Source of the DNA: Savitreella phatthalungensis
Lineage: Eukaryota
Assembly: GCA_051599415.1 (NCBI GenBank)
Contig: AP039692.1
Location: 186,001-250,000, forward strand
Reading direction: 5' to 3'
DNA length: 64,000 nt
Below the pieces are notes generated by a model. It saw only the letters and a list, made by a program, of their open reading frames with translations, was not told the DNA's origin and did not search any database. Made by a program: the position numbers and the translations under genes. Positions within the stretch are counted from its first letter, which is position 1. Each line of letters starts with the position of its first letter. Below, piece by piece: positions 42,152 to 54,075 of this stretch.

Positions 42152-43324
42152 ATGTTCTCTAGGACCGCTCTCCGTGCGACTCGCGTGGCTGGCCAGCGTG
42201 TGGCTAGCCGGACGTTCACCGCCCTCGCTCGCCAGCAGGTCGTCATGCGTGCATCGCCTGCTGCGGCTGTGCGTGGTGTCAAGACTCTCGACTTTGCCGG
42301 CACGAAGGAGGACGTGTTTGAGCGTGCAGACTGGCCTCGGGAGAAGCTCCAGGCGTACTTCAAGGACGACGTCATGGCCATGATCGGCTACGGCTCCCAG
42401 GGCCACGGACAGGGCCTCAACATGCGCGACAACGGCATGAACGTCATTGTTGGTGTGCGCAAGGACGGTGAATCCTGGAAGCAGGCACAGGAGGACGGCT
42501 GGGTGCCCGGAAAGAACCTCTTCACCGTCGAGGAGGCCATCAACAAGGGCACCATCATCATGAACCTGCTCTCTGACGCAGCACAGTCCGAGACCTGGCC
42601 CCAGATCTCCCCGCTCATCACCAAGGGCAAGACACTCTACTTCTCCCACGGTTTCTCCATCGTCTACGCTGAGGACACCAAGGTCGTCGCACCAAAGGAC
42701 GTCGACGTCATCCTCGTCGCACCAAAGGGATCCGGCCGCACCGTCCGCTCGCTCTTCAAGGAGGGACGTGGCATCAACGCCTCGATCGCCGTCCACCAGG
42801 ACGTGACCGGCAAGGCAGAGGAGAAGGCACGTGCCCTCGCTGTCGCTGTCGGCGCAGGCTACATGTACAAGACCACTTTCGAGAAGGAGGTGTACTCTGA
42901 CCTGTACGGTGAGCGTGGTTGTCTGATGGGCGGCCTGCAGGGCATGTTCATGGCGCAGTACGAGGTCCTGCGTGAGCGTGGCCACTCCCCGTCCGAGGCC
43001 TTTAACGAGACTGTCGAGGAGGCAACCCAGTCGCTCTACCCGCTCGTCGGCCAGAAGGGCATGGACTACATGTTCAACGCATGCTCGACCACCGCCCGTC
43101 GTGGCGCCCTCGACTGGTACCCGAAGTTCTACAAGGCACTCAAGCCTGTGTTCAACGACCTGTACGACGCCGTCAAGGACGGCTCAGAGACCCGTCGCTC
43201 ACTCACCTTCAACTCCTCAAAGACCTACCGCGAGGACCTCCAGAAGGAGCTCGACGTCATCGACAACATGGAGATGTGGCGTGCAGGCCGCACCGTCCGC
43301 AAGCTTCGTCCGGAGAACCAGTAA
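42152..43324 (+). CDS. ILV5: Mitochondrial ketol-acid reductoisomerase
   Basis: Arg-rich presequence, IGYGSQGHGQGLN, SDLYGERGCLMG and NETVEEATQSLYP. Strong C/G third-position bias. Confidence 0.98.
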   Translation: MFSRTALRATRVAGQRVASRTFTALARQQVVMRASPAAAVRGVKTLDFAGTKEDVFERADWPREKLQAYFKDDVMAMIGYGSQGHGQGLNMRDNGMNVIVGVRKDGESWKQAQEDGWVPGKNLFTVEEAINKGTIIMNLLSDAAQSETWPQISPLITKGKTLYFSHGFSIVYAEDTKVVAPKDVDVILVAPKGSGRTVRSLFKEGRGINASIAVHQDVTGKAEEKARALAVAVGAGYMYKTTFEKEVYSDLYGERGCLMGGLQGMFMAQYEVLRERGHSPSEAFNETVEEATQSLYPLVGQKGMDYMFNACSTTARRGALDWYPKFYKALKPVFNDLYDAVKDGSETRRSLTFNSSKTYREDLQKELDVIDNMEMWRAGRTVRKLRPENQ

Positions 43325-46300
43325 AGCGGGCGATGCAACCTTTCCCTTCTTCCCATAGCATCTCTCTCTCCCCCTGGAAAGCGACCATATGCAAATCTGC
43401 AGCAACTCGTCATTCACATTTTTTCTCTAGACGTCAGTAGCAAAAGGAATAAAAAGTCGGTATTCATTTCACGAGAAGGACAGAGGTCCAGCTCGTCTGT
43501 TGTGTGCACTATCCACAAGACGACAACCCCGGTTGTGGTGACCTCGCACACGTGTATCAGCCTGAAAAGCTCACCTCCAGCCTCTGTGAGAGTCACGGCA
43601 TCGAGAACATTGACGGAGCGTCTTTGTAAGCCTGGACAGTACGTCACCCACACTTGTCAAATAGAGTTTGCTTCCGAGATCGCCTGTCTCCTGACTCGAT
43701 CTGGTGACAGATGTCCAGGAGAGGCCAAGTTAGCTCACCCATGTATCCACGGAGAAGTAACTCCGACTTCCGAGTTGTGCCAGGCCAATCATTGCTCGCC
43801 GACGTGTACATTATTTCTCACTTCAATCCCACGGCGAGTATTGGAGGGCACAACAAGACACCCGCCAATGAACGTGGCCTGTGAACGCGGGACAGAATCT
43901 CCATATCAGACGTCGGTACGCTGTCCAGCTTCAGGATACACGGTTGCGGAAGCATGTCGTCCTGCAGGAGAACAACTTTCCAACCGCGTGCATGCTTGTC
44001 TGTCCATTGGCGAGTGCATGCGCGCGTGTGCGCGAAGAAGTCCAGACATGACCCCTGACAGGTCTAATTTACTGAAGGCTATCCTGGCTGACCAGTCGGG
44101 TGTCCGTATGCCACACTCTACTTATCCAGATCGGAATTGTCGATTCGTGGTGCTTCGTCGACCCGCGGATGCAATACTGCCAAGAAAGCCGCAGGGCCGC
44201 AAACTTTCTTGACAGGCTGATTGAGGGGCCTGCACGGATGCGAAATCCGGGAGCCGATGGTACAGAGCCGCCCGGCCACCACGGCTACCATTGTCCGTCC
44301 CGTGAGCTAGACCTCACATCAACACAATACCAGGTCCACGTCAAATGCAGTTTCTGCAGATCGTTCTCCAAGTCAAGTCAACCTTAGCCTGCATCGTCTG
44401 ACGTGATTTGTCAGCTTCCCTGTCGGCGGAGCTAGAGATCCGTCACTGCGCAGGGCTGACAAGAGCTGCCGTGGCCTGCATGTGTTGAGTTATCATGTGG
44501 AAACTGTTGCACAATGTCATGTCAAACGTCAACAGGTCGGCATTCATCGCAAGCGTATTCATGCATGAACTCAATCCCAACCCCCGACGACGCCCATGCA
44601 GCACACGCGCGAGCTAGCGAGATATGGGATTGTGTTGTGTCTTTGGATGATTGGCGGGCTGTGGACGGCCCCGGGTTAGGTTGCCGATTATTTTGAGCCG
44701 CGGATTGTGAACGTGGTTTTCTTTTTCACCTTGGTCTTATCGAACGATGTCATGTCGTGACTCCACGCCGCTTTTCCCATTCGATTTCTTTCAAGGTCGC
44801 TCTGGGAAAGGTCGCGCCAAATTTAGAATTTTTCCTCATTCGCCCATGCTCTGCAGACTCTGCATCAAGTGCTTCCGAGATTCTGGTTCGTGGAGAAGAC
44901 GAATTGTCCACGCGATACCTTTTTGCATTACTCGAGACTGTGCCATGCCAGCTACAGGCTCGCTTGTAGACCCCAAGCTGGCAAGGAGGACGAAGATGAA
45001 ATTAAACTTTCAATTCTCACCCGCGTTCCCTCCCGCTTCCCGCAAATTGACATCCCTGCCTTTCTAGTCTGTCTTTGCTACAGGCAGTTTCGCGTTTGAA
45101 GATTTAGTATCTGGTAGCGGCCATGAAACAAAGCCCTTCGCTCAACTCAAAGCAGCAGCCCCTCCTCAAATGAATCGGCAATGTCGTCTTTTCCTTTCGT
45201 CTACACGGCTTTTCTCCGAACGTGGATATCTACGGCTGATCATCTACAGATAAATCTCTTGAGGCGGAAGACTTTGCCTACGTCGTTCCGCACGGCATTC
45301 ACAGACCGACTGTCCTCCGCAGGCTCCGTACGAACAAAGTTGAGCCATGTGCACATACATCTTGGCCATGAATAGCGTGGCCTCCGACATCTCGTCGGAA
45401 TTGTCTGCAAGCGATCGAATAGTCTCTGCGGCTACCTCTGACCCTTTCCACCCGGCAGGGATGACTGCAGCGCATCTGTAGCGACTTATCCGCCTATCAC
45501 CTGCACAGCTACGTTGCGAGCATGGGCATTTGACAAGACCGCTCTCGTCGCAATTCAGGCTGTCTTATCCTCTCTTGTTTTTCCTGATCTACAAGTCTGG
45601 CGACCGATCCGTCCCGCAGTTGCCCCAAGCTATGACTCAGCAGACAGATTTTTAGAGAAAGTTTCACGCACTGTGATACGGGGTGAATGCTCTAATTCGC
45701 AAGCTGAGATGGGATTGTCGCTGTCGCGCTTAAGGTCATGGTCCCGACGTCGTGATTTGAGCGGGGCGGCTAATGATGGGATCGACAAGCGATTGACAAT
45801 ATGGATCCGACCATCGGCCGGTGTCAGCTACGATGACTACATCCCCAAGTTGTTGGGCGTGCTTGGGCGTAGTTGAAGGGACTGCGGATCAAAACGCCAT
45901 TTTGACAATCCGATACACACCTCTAACTGATGATACAGGAATAATCTTTCTATGGACTTTGTCGAGCGCTCCGGTGCAGCGACTGCGCGTAGCAAATAAT
46001 CGACTGCGGGAGGAGTTGAGTAGGATTCCCTTCTGTCTGCTATCGAATTCTTATAGCTACTGAAAGTCGAAATGAACAGAACTCGATGCTCTATTATCTA
46101 CTGCCCCAAGTGGCTCGTTCTTGACTCGGTTGCAAGTATTAGCGTCCGAGGCATCAACTCAAGTCAAGCTGTTACACTGTGACCGAGTTAAGTCCAATCG
46201 ACCTTATCCCCGCTCTTCCACTCTACACTCTCTACTCTCTCTACGATTTTTGAAAAGAGTGGCTTCAATACTACTAACGCCCAACCTTTTCCAGATCTCT

Positions 46301-47101
46301 GTGGGTGTCGGAAGCTTATTTGACCGAATTTAGAGTGAATACACATGCGAGTTATTCGAATTGGAAATCAGAATTCGGTAAAACTGGCTGATTTCACATC
46401 CGACAACTCGGCTCATCAAACTCACCGAGCATACACCAACCAGAAAGTCAAAAGAAAGGAAAGCAAGCTCAGGAGTCTCATCCAAATCTACCGTACAGAT
46501 GAGTATTAGACTCTCTACTTGACCTGCCTGGAATCTATCCCACAGGAAATGGACAATCAGCCAGAGACATAGATACAGACACAGGATACAGACAGACCAC
46601 ACACGACTGAAGTAAGAACGAGAGTCACAGTGAGAGAGAGAGAGACAGAGAGCGAGAGAGCGCGAGGAAGTAGCAGAGAAATAGTGACACTAGATCACTT
46701 CCTCCTTCAAGCTTTGTTGCGATCGCCATAGCGGTTGCGCTCACAATCGATCGCACGTCAAGATTTGAAGATCGTCAACAAGTCTTTGCTGATAGTCACG
46801 CATCCATCTGCGTTGTCAAGGCAGTGATTGAGAGCTGATTCCTCCCTCCCCCCGGATCATCTCCCTTGGACGGCATTTCCGAGTGATATAGCCGCCCAAA
46901 GTCATCCCATCACAACCACATCCCATCAGACGGATAAGACACCGACATTGCAAAGTGCAGCAGGATCAGATCGAAGAAGTCAAATCCGCACACGTTCTCG
47001 TCGCTGGCTTGCAGCTCTGTCTTGCAATAACCGAGTCTTCTTCCAGCATCGATCATTCCCGAATACTCTGACGCCTGAACATAAAACTCCTTCGTCATCC
47101 C

Positions 47102-47119
47102 ATGCGCGAATCGATCTGA
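47102..47119 (+). promoter_or_regulatory. Candidate uORF (MRESI*) in the leader of the Zn2Cys6 gene
   Basis: The only ATG between 46552 and 47174. Confidence 0.45.
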
Positions 47120-47174
47120 CATCCTTGCCGTCCAACTACTTCATTTCCAGTCGACCGACTGAGCTACACGACTA

Positions 47175-49361
47175 ATGACCACCATGGCTGATAATTCCTC
47201 TGCTATGAAGCGTCGACGACCCAGGCGCAGCAAAGGCTGTGAGGCATGCAGGTTGCGCCGAATGAAGTGTGATGAGCAGCGCCCCCACTGCCATGAATGC
47301 ATCAAACGCGGTACGGAAAGCGAATGCGTCTATGGCGCAGGGCAGATCATCTTCCAGAGCGAAAACGCTTTTGTCGAGCAGAACTACGTCTTGACCAAGC
47401 CAAAGAAGCGCAAGGCGAACGGCACAGACGGCATCAATGGGAATAATCGAGCCTCACCAACGCATCCCAAGCGACCCGTCAAAGCACAATTCATCCTCGA
47501 GAATGGTACAAGCAGCTACCACGATGATCTATACGGCGAACCGCATCCGGGAGGCTTCGATCTCGATAAGACGGGATCGGCAACGGGCTCCCATGACTCA
47601 AATGGGTCCTATGGAGACAACGCACCAGAGCGCTTGAGCACGCCGCTTAGCCAGACAGGCTCACTGCCGAGCCAGTACGGCGGGCTGGCCCCGACTCCTG
47701 CAAGCTACACGGGCTACGAGGGAAATTCATGGTCGCGGCATCCGAGTAACGCAAGCGAAGTCGTCATTCCTGCGACTAGTCTCACCTGGGAGGCGGTTTC
47801 TTCCAGTGCAGGACTATTGCCTTTTCAGCCGCAGCAGCAGCGACGCCACCAAGCCTCCCAGAATCGCGCATTTGCACGAAATGGCGGTGGTCTGCAAAAC
47901 CTGATGCAGTTCCATTCAGGCCAAGTGAAAGACGACGACGATACAGGTGGCCTCGACGGCGTGGTCACTCGGCGACAATTCCTATCAGCCGATGAGATTC
48001 TGCCTGGAAAGGGCTATCAATCCTGGACATCTCGTTTGAACCCGAGACAGCTCATTTCCCTGCAGGACCACGCCCTCCACAGCTTCTTCAATGTTTGGCT
48101 GCCTTCAGAGCTGATACTCGGTGAGCCAGAGCTCTGGCGAGGCACGCTCACTAATGGACTGCACGGTAGCCCGATGCTGCGCGAGATTGTCCTCGCCATT
48201 GCCCGCGTCCAGATGATGCCATCTGACGTCAACACGCGGCGGGAGAATGCTGTCTCTGCGATGGAGCACTACAGCGCTGGTGTCATGCAGCTACAAGCCG
48301 CCCTAGACGACCCAACGCGTGTCCTCGATGACAACGTCCTCGTCGCCACTGTCCTTCACGGCACCTTCGAAATGGTGCTCGGGATGGACATCGAACGACT
48401 GGCGGTCCACCTCGACGGTGCTAAGCGTCTATTGAGGATGAGGGGCCCTATGGTGCATTGTCGTGACGGGTCCTTAGCACAAAACATCTTTGCTGGTATT
48501 TCTGCCGACGCGGCCCGCACTGCACTTCAAGATCGTACAAGGACCTTCTTCTCCGAGCCAGAATGGCTCGAGGCCACCCGACTGCTCAAACCAACAATAT
48601 TCAACAAGTGGGCTGGAACGGAGCTCTTTGTACTGACGCTGCGTCTGACGGAAGTCGTGGCTGATGGACGTCGAGACATGGCCGCCGCCATACGTCTAGA
48701 GGCGGACATCAAGGCGGAACGTCTGCGCGCACTGCCGGAACCAACCTATGTCAGCAATGCACTCCTCATGCAACGGTCTCCACGCGCTCATGCGTTGAAA
48801 TTGGACGAGTCACCATTTGGCACCGAGTCACTGTCTTACGACGAACCTCTGTCGAACCAGTACTGGTACACGCAGATGGCCATCACCTTCGACTATCTCC
48901 TGCTGACACTCCACTCTGTCTACATCGAGCTCTCTGCACAAGACCACGGTCAGCTCGACTACGAATGCATGGTTGACCTAGTCCTATGTGTGCAGTACAT
49001 GGCGCACGATCCTGCAAACATGACCGTCGCCACCATCACTGGCTACTGGCAGCCGCTCATCTACTGCGTCCACTACGCCCGCAACGTCGCAGAGCTCAAT
49101 TGGATCCTCCACTGCTTTGACATCACAGGTATCGAGTCGGCTCATCACTTTGGCAACATGTCGAAGGCCTGGATCGCCAAGGCTTGCGAGGCGCCATGTA
49201 TGACAGATCTCGAGAAGCGCATCCTGAAGGGTTACCTGCTTGAGAAAGGCGTCGCGGACGTCAAGCATTACACGAGCGAGCTCGAAGTCGCAGAGGCACA
49301 AGGCATCGGATTCCGCAGCGCTATGGACGGCATTCGACCCACACGTGTAGCCCTGGCATGA
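47175..49361 (+). CDS. Zn(II)2Cys6 transcription factor with fungal-specific TF domain
   Basis: CEACRLRRMKCDEQRPHCHECIKRGTESEC and later AMEHYSAG...HLDGAKRLLRMRG. The second ATG at 47184 has ACCATGG context. Confidence 0.93.
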   Translation: MTTMADNSSAMKRRRPRRSKGCEACRLRRMKCDEQRPHCHECIKRGTESECVYGAGQIIFQSENAFVEQNYVLTKPKKRKANGTDGINGNNRASPTHPKRPVKAQFILENGTSSYHDDLYGEPHPGGFDLDKTGSATGSHDSNGSYGDNAPERLSTPLSQTGSLPSQYGGLAPTPASYTGYEGNSWSRHPSNASEVVIPATSLTWEAVSSSAGLLPFQPQQQRRHQASQNRAFARNGGGLQNLMQFHSGQVKDDDDTGGLDGVVTRRQFLSADEILPGKGYQSWTSRLNPRQLISLQDHALHSFFNVWLPSELILGEPELWRGTLTNGLHGSPMLREIVLAIARVQMMPSDVNTRRENAVSAMEHYSAGVMQLQAALDDPTRVLDDNVLVATVLHGTFEMVLGMDIERLAVHLDGAKRLLRMRGPMVHCRDGSLAQNIFAGISADAARTALQDRTRTFFSEPEWLEATRLLKPTIFNKWAGTELFVLTLRLTEVVADGRRDMAAAIRLEADIKAERLRALPEPTYVSNALLMQRSPRAHALKLDESPFGTESLSYDEPLSNQYWYTQMAITFDYLLLTLHSVYIELSAQDHGQLDYECMVDLVLCVQYMAHDPANMTVATITGYWQPLIYCVHYARNVAELNWILHCFDITGIESAHHFGNMSKAWIAKACEAPCMTDLEKRILKGYLLEKGVADVKHYTSELEVAEAQGIGFRSAMDGIRPTRVALA

Positions 49362-49607
49362 TCCGTGACATCATCACGACATGGCTGAACTATGGCTGTC
49401 TCTTTTCAAGCCTTGCCCACACAAGCATTCACACACGTACGCATATGTAAGATATTTGGATATCTCGATCATCTCCTCTCTCTTTGTCCTCTTTCGTCCG
49501 CTTCCACCATTAACAAGGGCTCACCTGTCGTGAAAATGCTCGTCTACCCTGTGCACCGAGGATGGGATTGCCTCAAAGATTGATCCCATATCGCGTGTTT
49601 CCGAAGA

Positions 49608-50110
49608 TCACTCCGCCTTCTTGACCACTTCTGTCTTGACCTGGAGTTCCTTGACGAGCGCCTCGACTCTCCAGATTGCGCTTACACCTGCGTCAGTCAC
49701 CTCTGAAAACAATTGTCCTGAGTGGAATTCATCTTACTAGGCGACCAAGAGGCAGCTGCCGCAGAGATACATGTTGCGCTGTGCCATAAGTCTATCACCC
49801 TTGTCAGCTCCTGTCAATCAACAAATTTTGGGAGGTCGAGTTACTTGGCCAACGCGAGCTTGTCGTTTGGCGTGAGCTCAGATTTCTCATCCCGCTTAGC
49901 CGCAATACCCCTGATAGCATCGGCAAACAACAACCCCACAAAGATCAGCGCAATCCGCCAAAAGTGCCAGATCTTCAGAGCGATCCCATTGTCCTCAACA
50001 AACCGGACCACCGAAGACCGCACAGACGACTTCGCAGGCAGCGTCAGTACAAAAAACCCAAGGCATTCGAGACCTAGCAGGATTGAGACGAGGATCGACG
50101 GGATGTTCAT
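49608..50110 (-). CDS. Short Bap31/Yet-family ER membrane protein; exons 50110-49845, 49791-49738, 49680-49608
   Basis: The spliced product is 130 aa with TM helices, LLFADA, KLMAQRNMYLCG and C-terminal KKAE (KKXX). Introns 49792-49844 and 49681-49737. Confidence 0.85.
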
Positions 50111-50469
50111 CTTGGTGTTGCACGACTTGGAGGGAAGATGTCGATGGGGCTTATGAGAAGAGGGTAGGACGATGTGGTGAGGGTTTGTGAGAGCGTGGTG
50201 GAGTAAGGCAACTTGGGGGATCCCACGGGATTGACCAATCGACGTCATAGCCACATATATCCCCCATATTTCAACCTCGCTCACAGCACTTGACAACATT
50301 CGTGCATTCGAATTCGAGCCACTGACTCGGGGCACAAAATTGATTGAATGCAGGGGGTGCTCAAGTGTACAAGAGTGAACGGAGCACGGGCAAGGTTAAG
50401 ATTAAGATGAGATTAGAAGAGATGAGTGGAAGATGGCGTGGCGTGGCGTGGCTAGATGTGCAATGGTCG

Positions 50470-51261
50470 TCAGAGCGACTCCAGTGACTGGCGGATCGCT
50501 AAGAGCCGACGATCTAGCTCGTCAATGTAGTGCGTCTCATGGCGGATGATCATCTCTCCACCTTCATTCATATCATCCCTGTCTGAGAGTTCGTCCCGTA
50601 GCTCCATCAGCTTGTACACGTCTCCTTGGAGGACATTGAGCTTGGTGATCAGAGAGACCCGGGTGACCGTTTCGCGTGATGACAGCTGTTTGAGACCACG
50701 GTCGATGAGCGACAACAGTCTAGACATCCGTGGTCGGTCTGCTGGCCTGCATAGGTCGAGGTACTCGTCTAGTGGTCTCGGCGGCGCTTCTGCCGTAATG
50801 CTCTCGATTGTCTCAATCAATCCGATCTGATGTCTACCTCGTCTCTTCAGCAGACTGTCCAATACCTCTTCGCCAGTCAAATTTGTCCCTTTCGCATCAT
50901 CTGTAAGCTGACCGTCACCATCGCCGACCTCTTCGAGCACACCAAGACCGAGGTCCATCTCAATGTAGGGTTCACCATCCTGTACCGATTCGATATTGTG
51001 ATCGGTCTGTGTGGCCGACACGGCTAGTGCATCATTGGCCGATTTCATTCTGGGAAGGAAGGATGATAGGCGGGATGTGAGATCGGATGCATCCTGCCCA
51101 GCTACGGACTTGTCAATCTTTGGCTTCTTTCGAGCGGATTGGTCTCCATTTGAGGTACTGCGTGAGCCGCTAGATGCAGACCGTTTGCCATTCAAGGTCA
51201 ATGTGTCAAGAAGGGAAGATCGAGCACTCCTACCTCCACCCTCTAGAAGTTCTCTTGACAT
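50470..51261 (-). CDS. DUF4598/NOPCHAP1-like protein with extra C-terminal helical domain
   Basis: LTSRLSSFLPRMKSAN...IE...YIEMDLGLGVLEE signature. First ATG is 51261. Confidence 0.78.
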   Translation of the reverse strand: MSRELLEGGGRSARSSLLDTLTLNGKRSASSGSRSTSNGDQSARKKPKIDKSVAGQDASDLTSRLSSFLPRMKSANDALAVSATQTDHNIESVQDGEPYIEMDLGLGVLEEVGDGDGQLTDDAKGTNLTGEEVLDSLLKRRGRHQIGLIETIESITAEAPPRPLDEYLDLCRPADRPRMSRLLSLIDRGLKQLSSRETVTRVSLITKLNVLQGDVYKLMELRDELSDRDDMNEGGEMIIRHETHYIDELDRRLLAIRQSLESL

Positions 51262-52134
51262 GGGCGGAAATTCCGTGCTTTGTGCGACACTTCCAGACCT
51301 TGATTGAGTGATTCTGCTAGAAGGTTTTGATTGCTTGCAACTCTGCGCTTTCAAGAAAAGGGAAGTGGTGATTGAGCTGGAGTCGTACGAGCACTAAGGG
51401 AAGTTGAGTGATGTAGTGCAAAGGTGACATGCATCAGAATAGGTCTATGCTCAAGAGAATGTAATACATGTGTCTCAAGGATATTTGTGACTGGGTGTAG
51501 AGGATTAAATCAGATGCACGATGACCAGATCACCCACTCTCGAATCTCATCTCATATACAAATCCGTGAATATTCATTTGATCGAGTTGTGGAACGGGAA
51601 TTATCTCTCTAAGTTCTCGCCAGGGATGATTAAATGATTCTCTGTGTGATTTCAATTGACTTTTAGAGTTGAACTGTACGGCGTGGTACTTCCACTGAGG
51701 ATTATGTGCTTGAGGATTAAAGACAATATTAATAGGAAGATCAGACAGGCACATAAAATTTATACTCTGTAGTCCGATTTACAATAAATTGAAATATAAA
51801 GTAACTAATTTTAGAATGCAGAAGATCACGTGCACAGGGGCAATCAATCATCATCAAATTATTCAGATCAATCAATTATTCTTCCAAAACTTGTATTCCA
51901 CAGAAGTTTCTCTCCTGCACTCACTCACTGCGTACGTACGCAACCACCACCACCTTTATCAAAAGACTCACACAGACACGTACGCGTATCTGAACTTATC
52001 CACTGTCATCTTCCTTCTTCCTGTCGTCTGCAGAGGGAAAATCGTCGCTTAGTCTGACAATCACTTCCACCGTTTGATCTGACACCATTGTCCCAAGGAC
52101 TCACTTATTCCTACAAGAGCGCTCACATTGCTGG

Positions 52135-52217
52135 ATGGCCGGCAACAACTATTGGAAAGACAGGAAAGCAGCCAAGAAGCAAAGGCTCCAGCAGTTGCAA
52201 AAGAATCGAGAAGAAAC

Positions 52218-52275
<58 letters not shown>

Positions 52276-53178
52276 GAGCAAGACAGCACTACTCACTCTT
52301 CCACGGCTGCCGGCAAGCCTCTCCCGACAATCACACCAGTCTCGCCAAGACCACACTTTCCAAGCGCAGCCTCTGACTCCGGTATCAGCTCCAGGCAGTC
52401 GGATGCAGACGCTGGCTCGATCGATGGCGCTCGACCACGCAGCCCATCACTCGATAAATTCAAGCAGCGTCATCATCAGAAGCTGAAGCTGAAGCAGCAA
52501 TTGCAGCTACAACCCTCTCAGCAGAAGAAGGGCCAGACCACGCAAGCGCAACCTTCGAACAAGCAGACTGCTGCACGTGATCAACAAACACCAGATACAG
52601 CAGATCTGGCAAATGCGAGAACGAGCGCAGGTCAACTGCTTCCTGACGCCTCGAGCAGCATCGTCGTCAAACTTCCACCACGAGTCACTGTACCGCTAGC
52701 ACCGAAAGCTGCGGTCGTGCCATCGGCAAATTTGCCCTCAGCGACACAGCACGACAAATTATCAAAGAAGGCCAAGAACAAGGCGAAAAAGCTGGCAAAG
52801 CAAGCGAAGCACGCGCCACAACCTAAGACGGCTCTCGACAAGCAACCAGAGACATCATCACTGCCGCTTGAAAAGCTCAAGGAGAATGAAATCGTGCAGC
52901 AGGACGAGCCCGTGTATGCATGGCAAGTCGAGCAAGCGGAGACTGCGCATGTCATGTATCCTGGTTATGGCTATGCGCCTATGTACCCACCAGCGATGAC
53001 CATGTACCCTGCTTCGCCTGGCATGCCTATGGGTATGTGGCCGCACGCCGTCCATCATCCTGCTCATTATGATGGTCAAGTGCCACTCTACAGTGGTTAC
53101 GTCGAACCAATGTACTACAATGGCGCTGCAGGATTTTACCCTGTCAACTATATCAACCCGCACGCCAACTTTGAATAA
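52135..53178 (+). CDS. Low-complexity polyQ protein with K-rich and Y/P/M-rich regions
   Basis: 347-aa ATG ORF with Q19 tract; no recognised domain. Confidence 0.65.
52219..52272 (+). repeat. (CAG)18 coding trinucleotide repeat
   Basis: Uninterrupted CAG x18, then CAA. Confidence 0.97.
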
Positions 53179-53416
53179 TCTTCTCAATCGCATGCTGTAG
53201 CCCGCACTATGAGCAGCATAGCGACCATTCCGCACTTCACGAAGCTCTTCTCACGACCTCAACTGACCAGCATCAGCATCAATTTCATCCTTCAACATTC
53301 GCCATCATCATATTATCATGCTAAACCATCATCATCATCATGCAATTGTAGTAACGTCAGTGTATATCATCTTCTTTTGCCCCTTTCTCTCCGTCTTGCA
53401 GATCATCGTTGCGCAT

Positions 53417-54075
53417 TTATGGAGTCGATCCAAACAACGTATTACGCGTACCTTTGTAGACGCGCTCGAGCACGCTTCTCGATGGTAGGGATAATGGGAA
53501 GACAACCTGAAGCGTATCCTGCCCGCGAAGCTGTACGGCTAGGTAGTACTTGACCCCGAACCCCACAAACCCTTCGTGGATCAACACATCCTCAATCTCG
53601 TCCAACGGCATAAACCGCGTTCTTCCCTGCGACGTCGTCTGCAGACCGATCGACCTCATCGCCAGAACAGACTCGGCTACCAGTGTGTTAGCAACTGACG
53701 GGTCTTTTTCACTAGTCTAGGGATTCACATACGCAAAGAACCACTCCTCGACAACCAGATCGCCGCGGCTACAAGTGTCCCGATCGCCAGCAAGAAGATT
53801 CGCCGATCAGTCTGGAGTAATCTGATCGCCCACACCTTCAGACCCACAGGCCGGACATACTCAGCCGCACGCGCTAGCCACCCAAGTGTCATAGACGATG
53901 CGATATGCTCATGCTCCGGAGTCCACAAAGCCGCGCCACCAGCGACTACCAAGCACACCAGCAGGTACAAGCTCACTGCAAGCCCAGAGAATCGGACGTA
54001 TCGCGACCGCGAAGCTGGCGGATGATATGTATATTGTACCACATTATCCTCGTCCTGAAGCACCTCTAACCTCAT
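53417..54075 (-). CDS. GPI15: GPI-GlcNAc transferase subunit PIG-H/Gpi15; exons 54075-53733 and 53676-53417
   Basis: Two TM segments. The intron 53677-53732 (GTATGT...GCTAAC...TAG) joins to ESVLAMRSIGLQ...IEDVLIHEGF...YYLAV...VVFP. Confidence 0.9.

Noticed and set aside
42134..42985. 283-aa antisense ORF over ILV5, and similar shadow ORFs (36545-37402, 60695-61477, 22144-22914, 2441-3220)
   Set aside because: Explained by codon bias and GC content of the real overlapping genes; no recognisable motifs.
43502..44212. 236-codon ORF after ILV5
   Set aside because: GTG start, composition unlike real genes in this window, and no domain.
45113..45170. GGTAGCGGCCAT resembles a 5S rRNA 5' end
   Set aside because: Downstream sequence does not follow the 5S consensus or structure.
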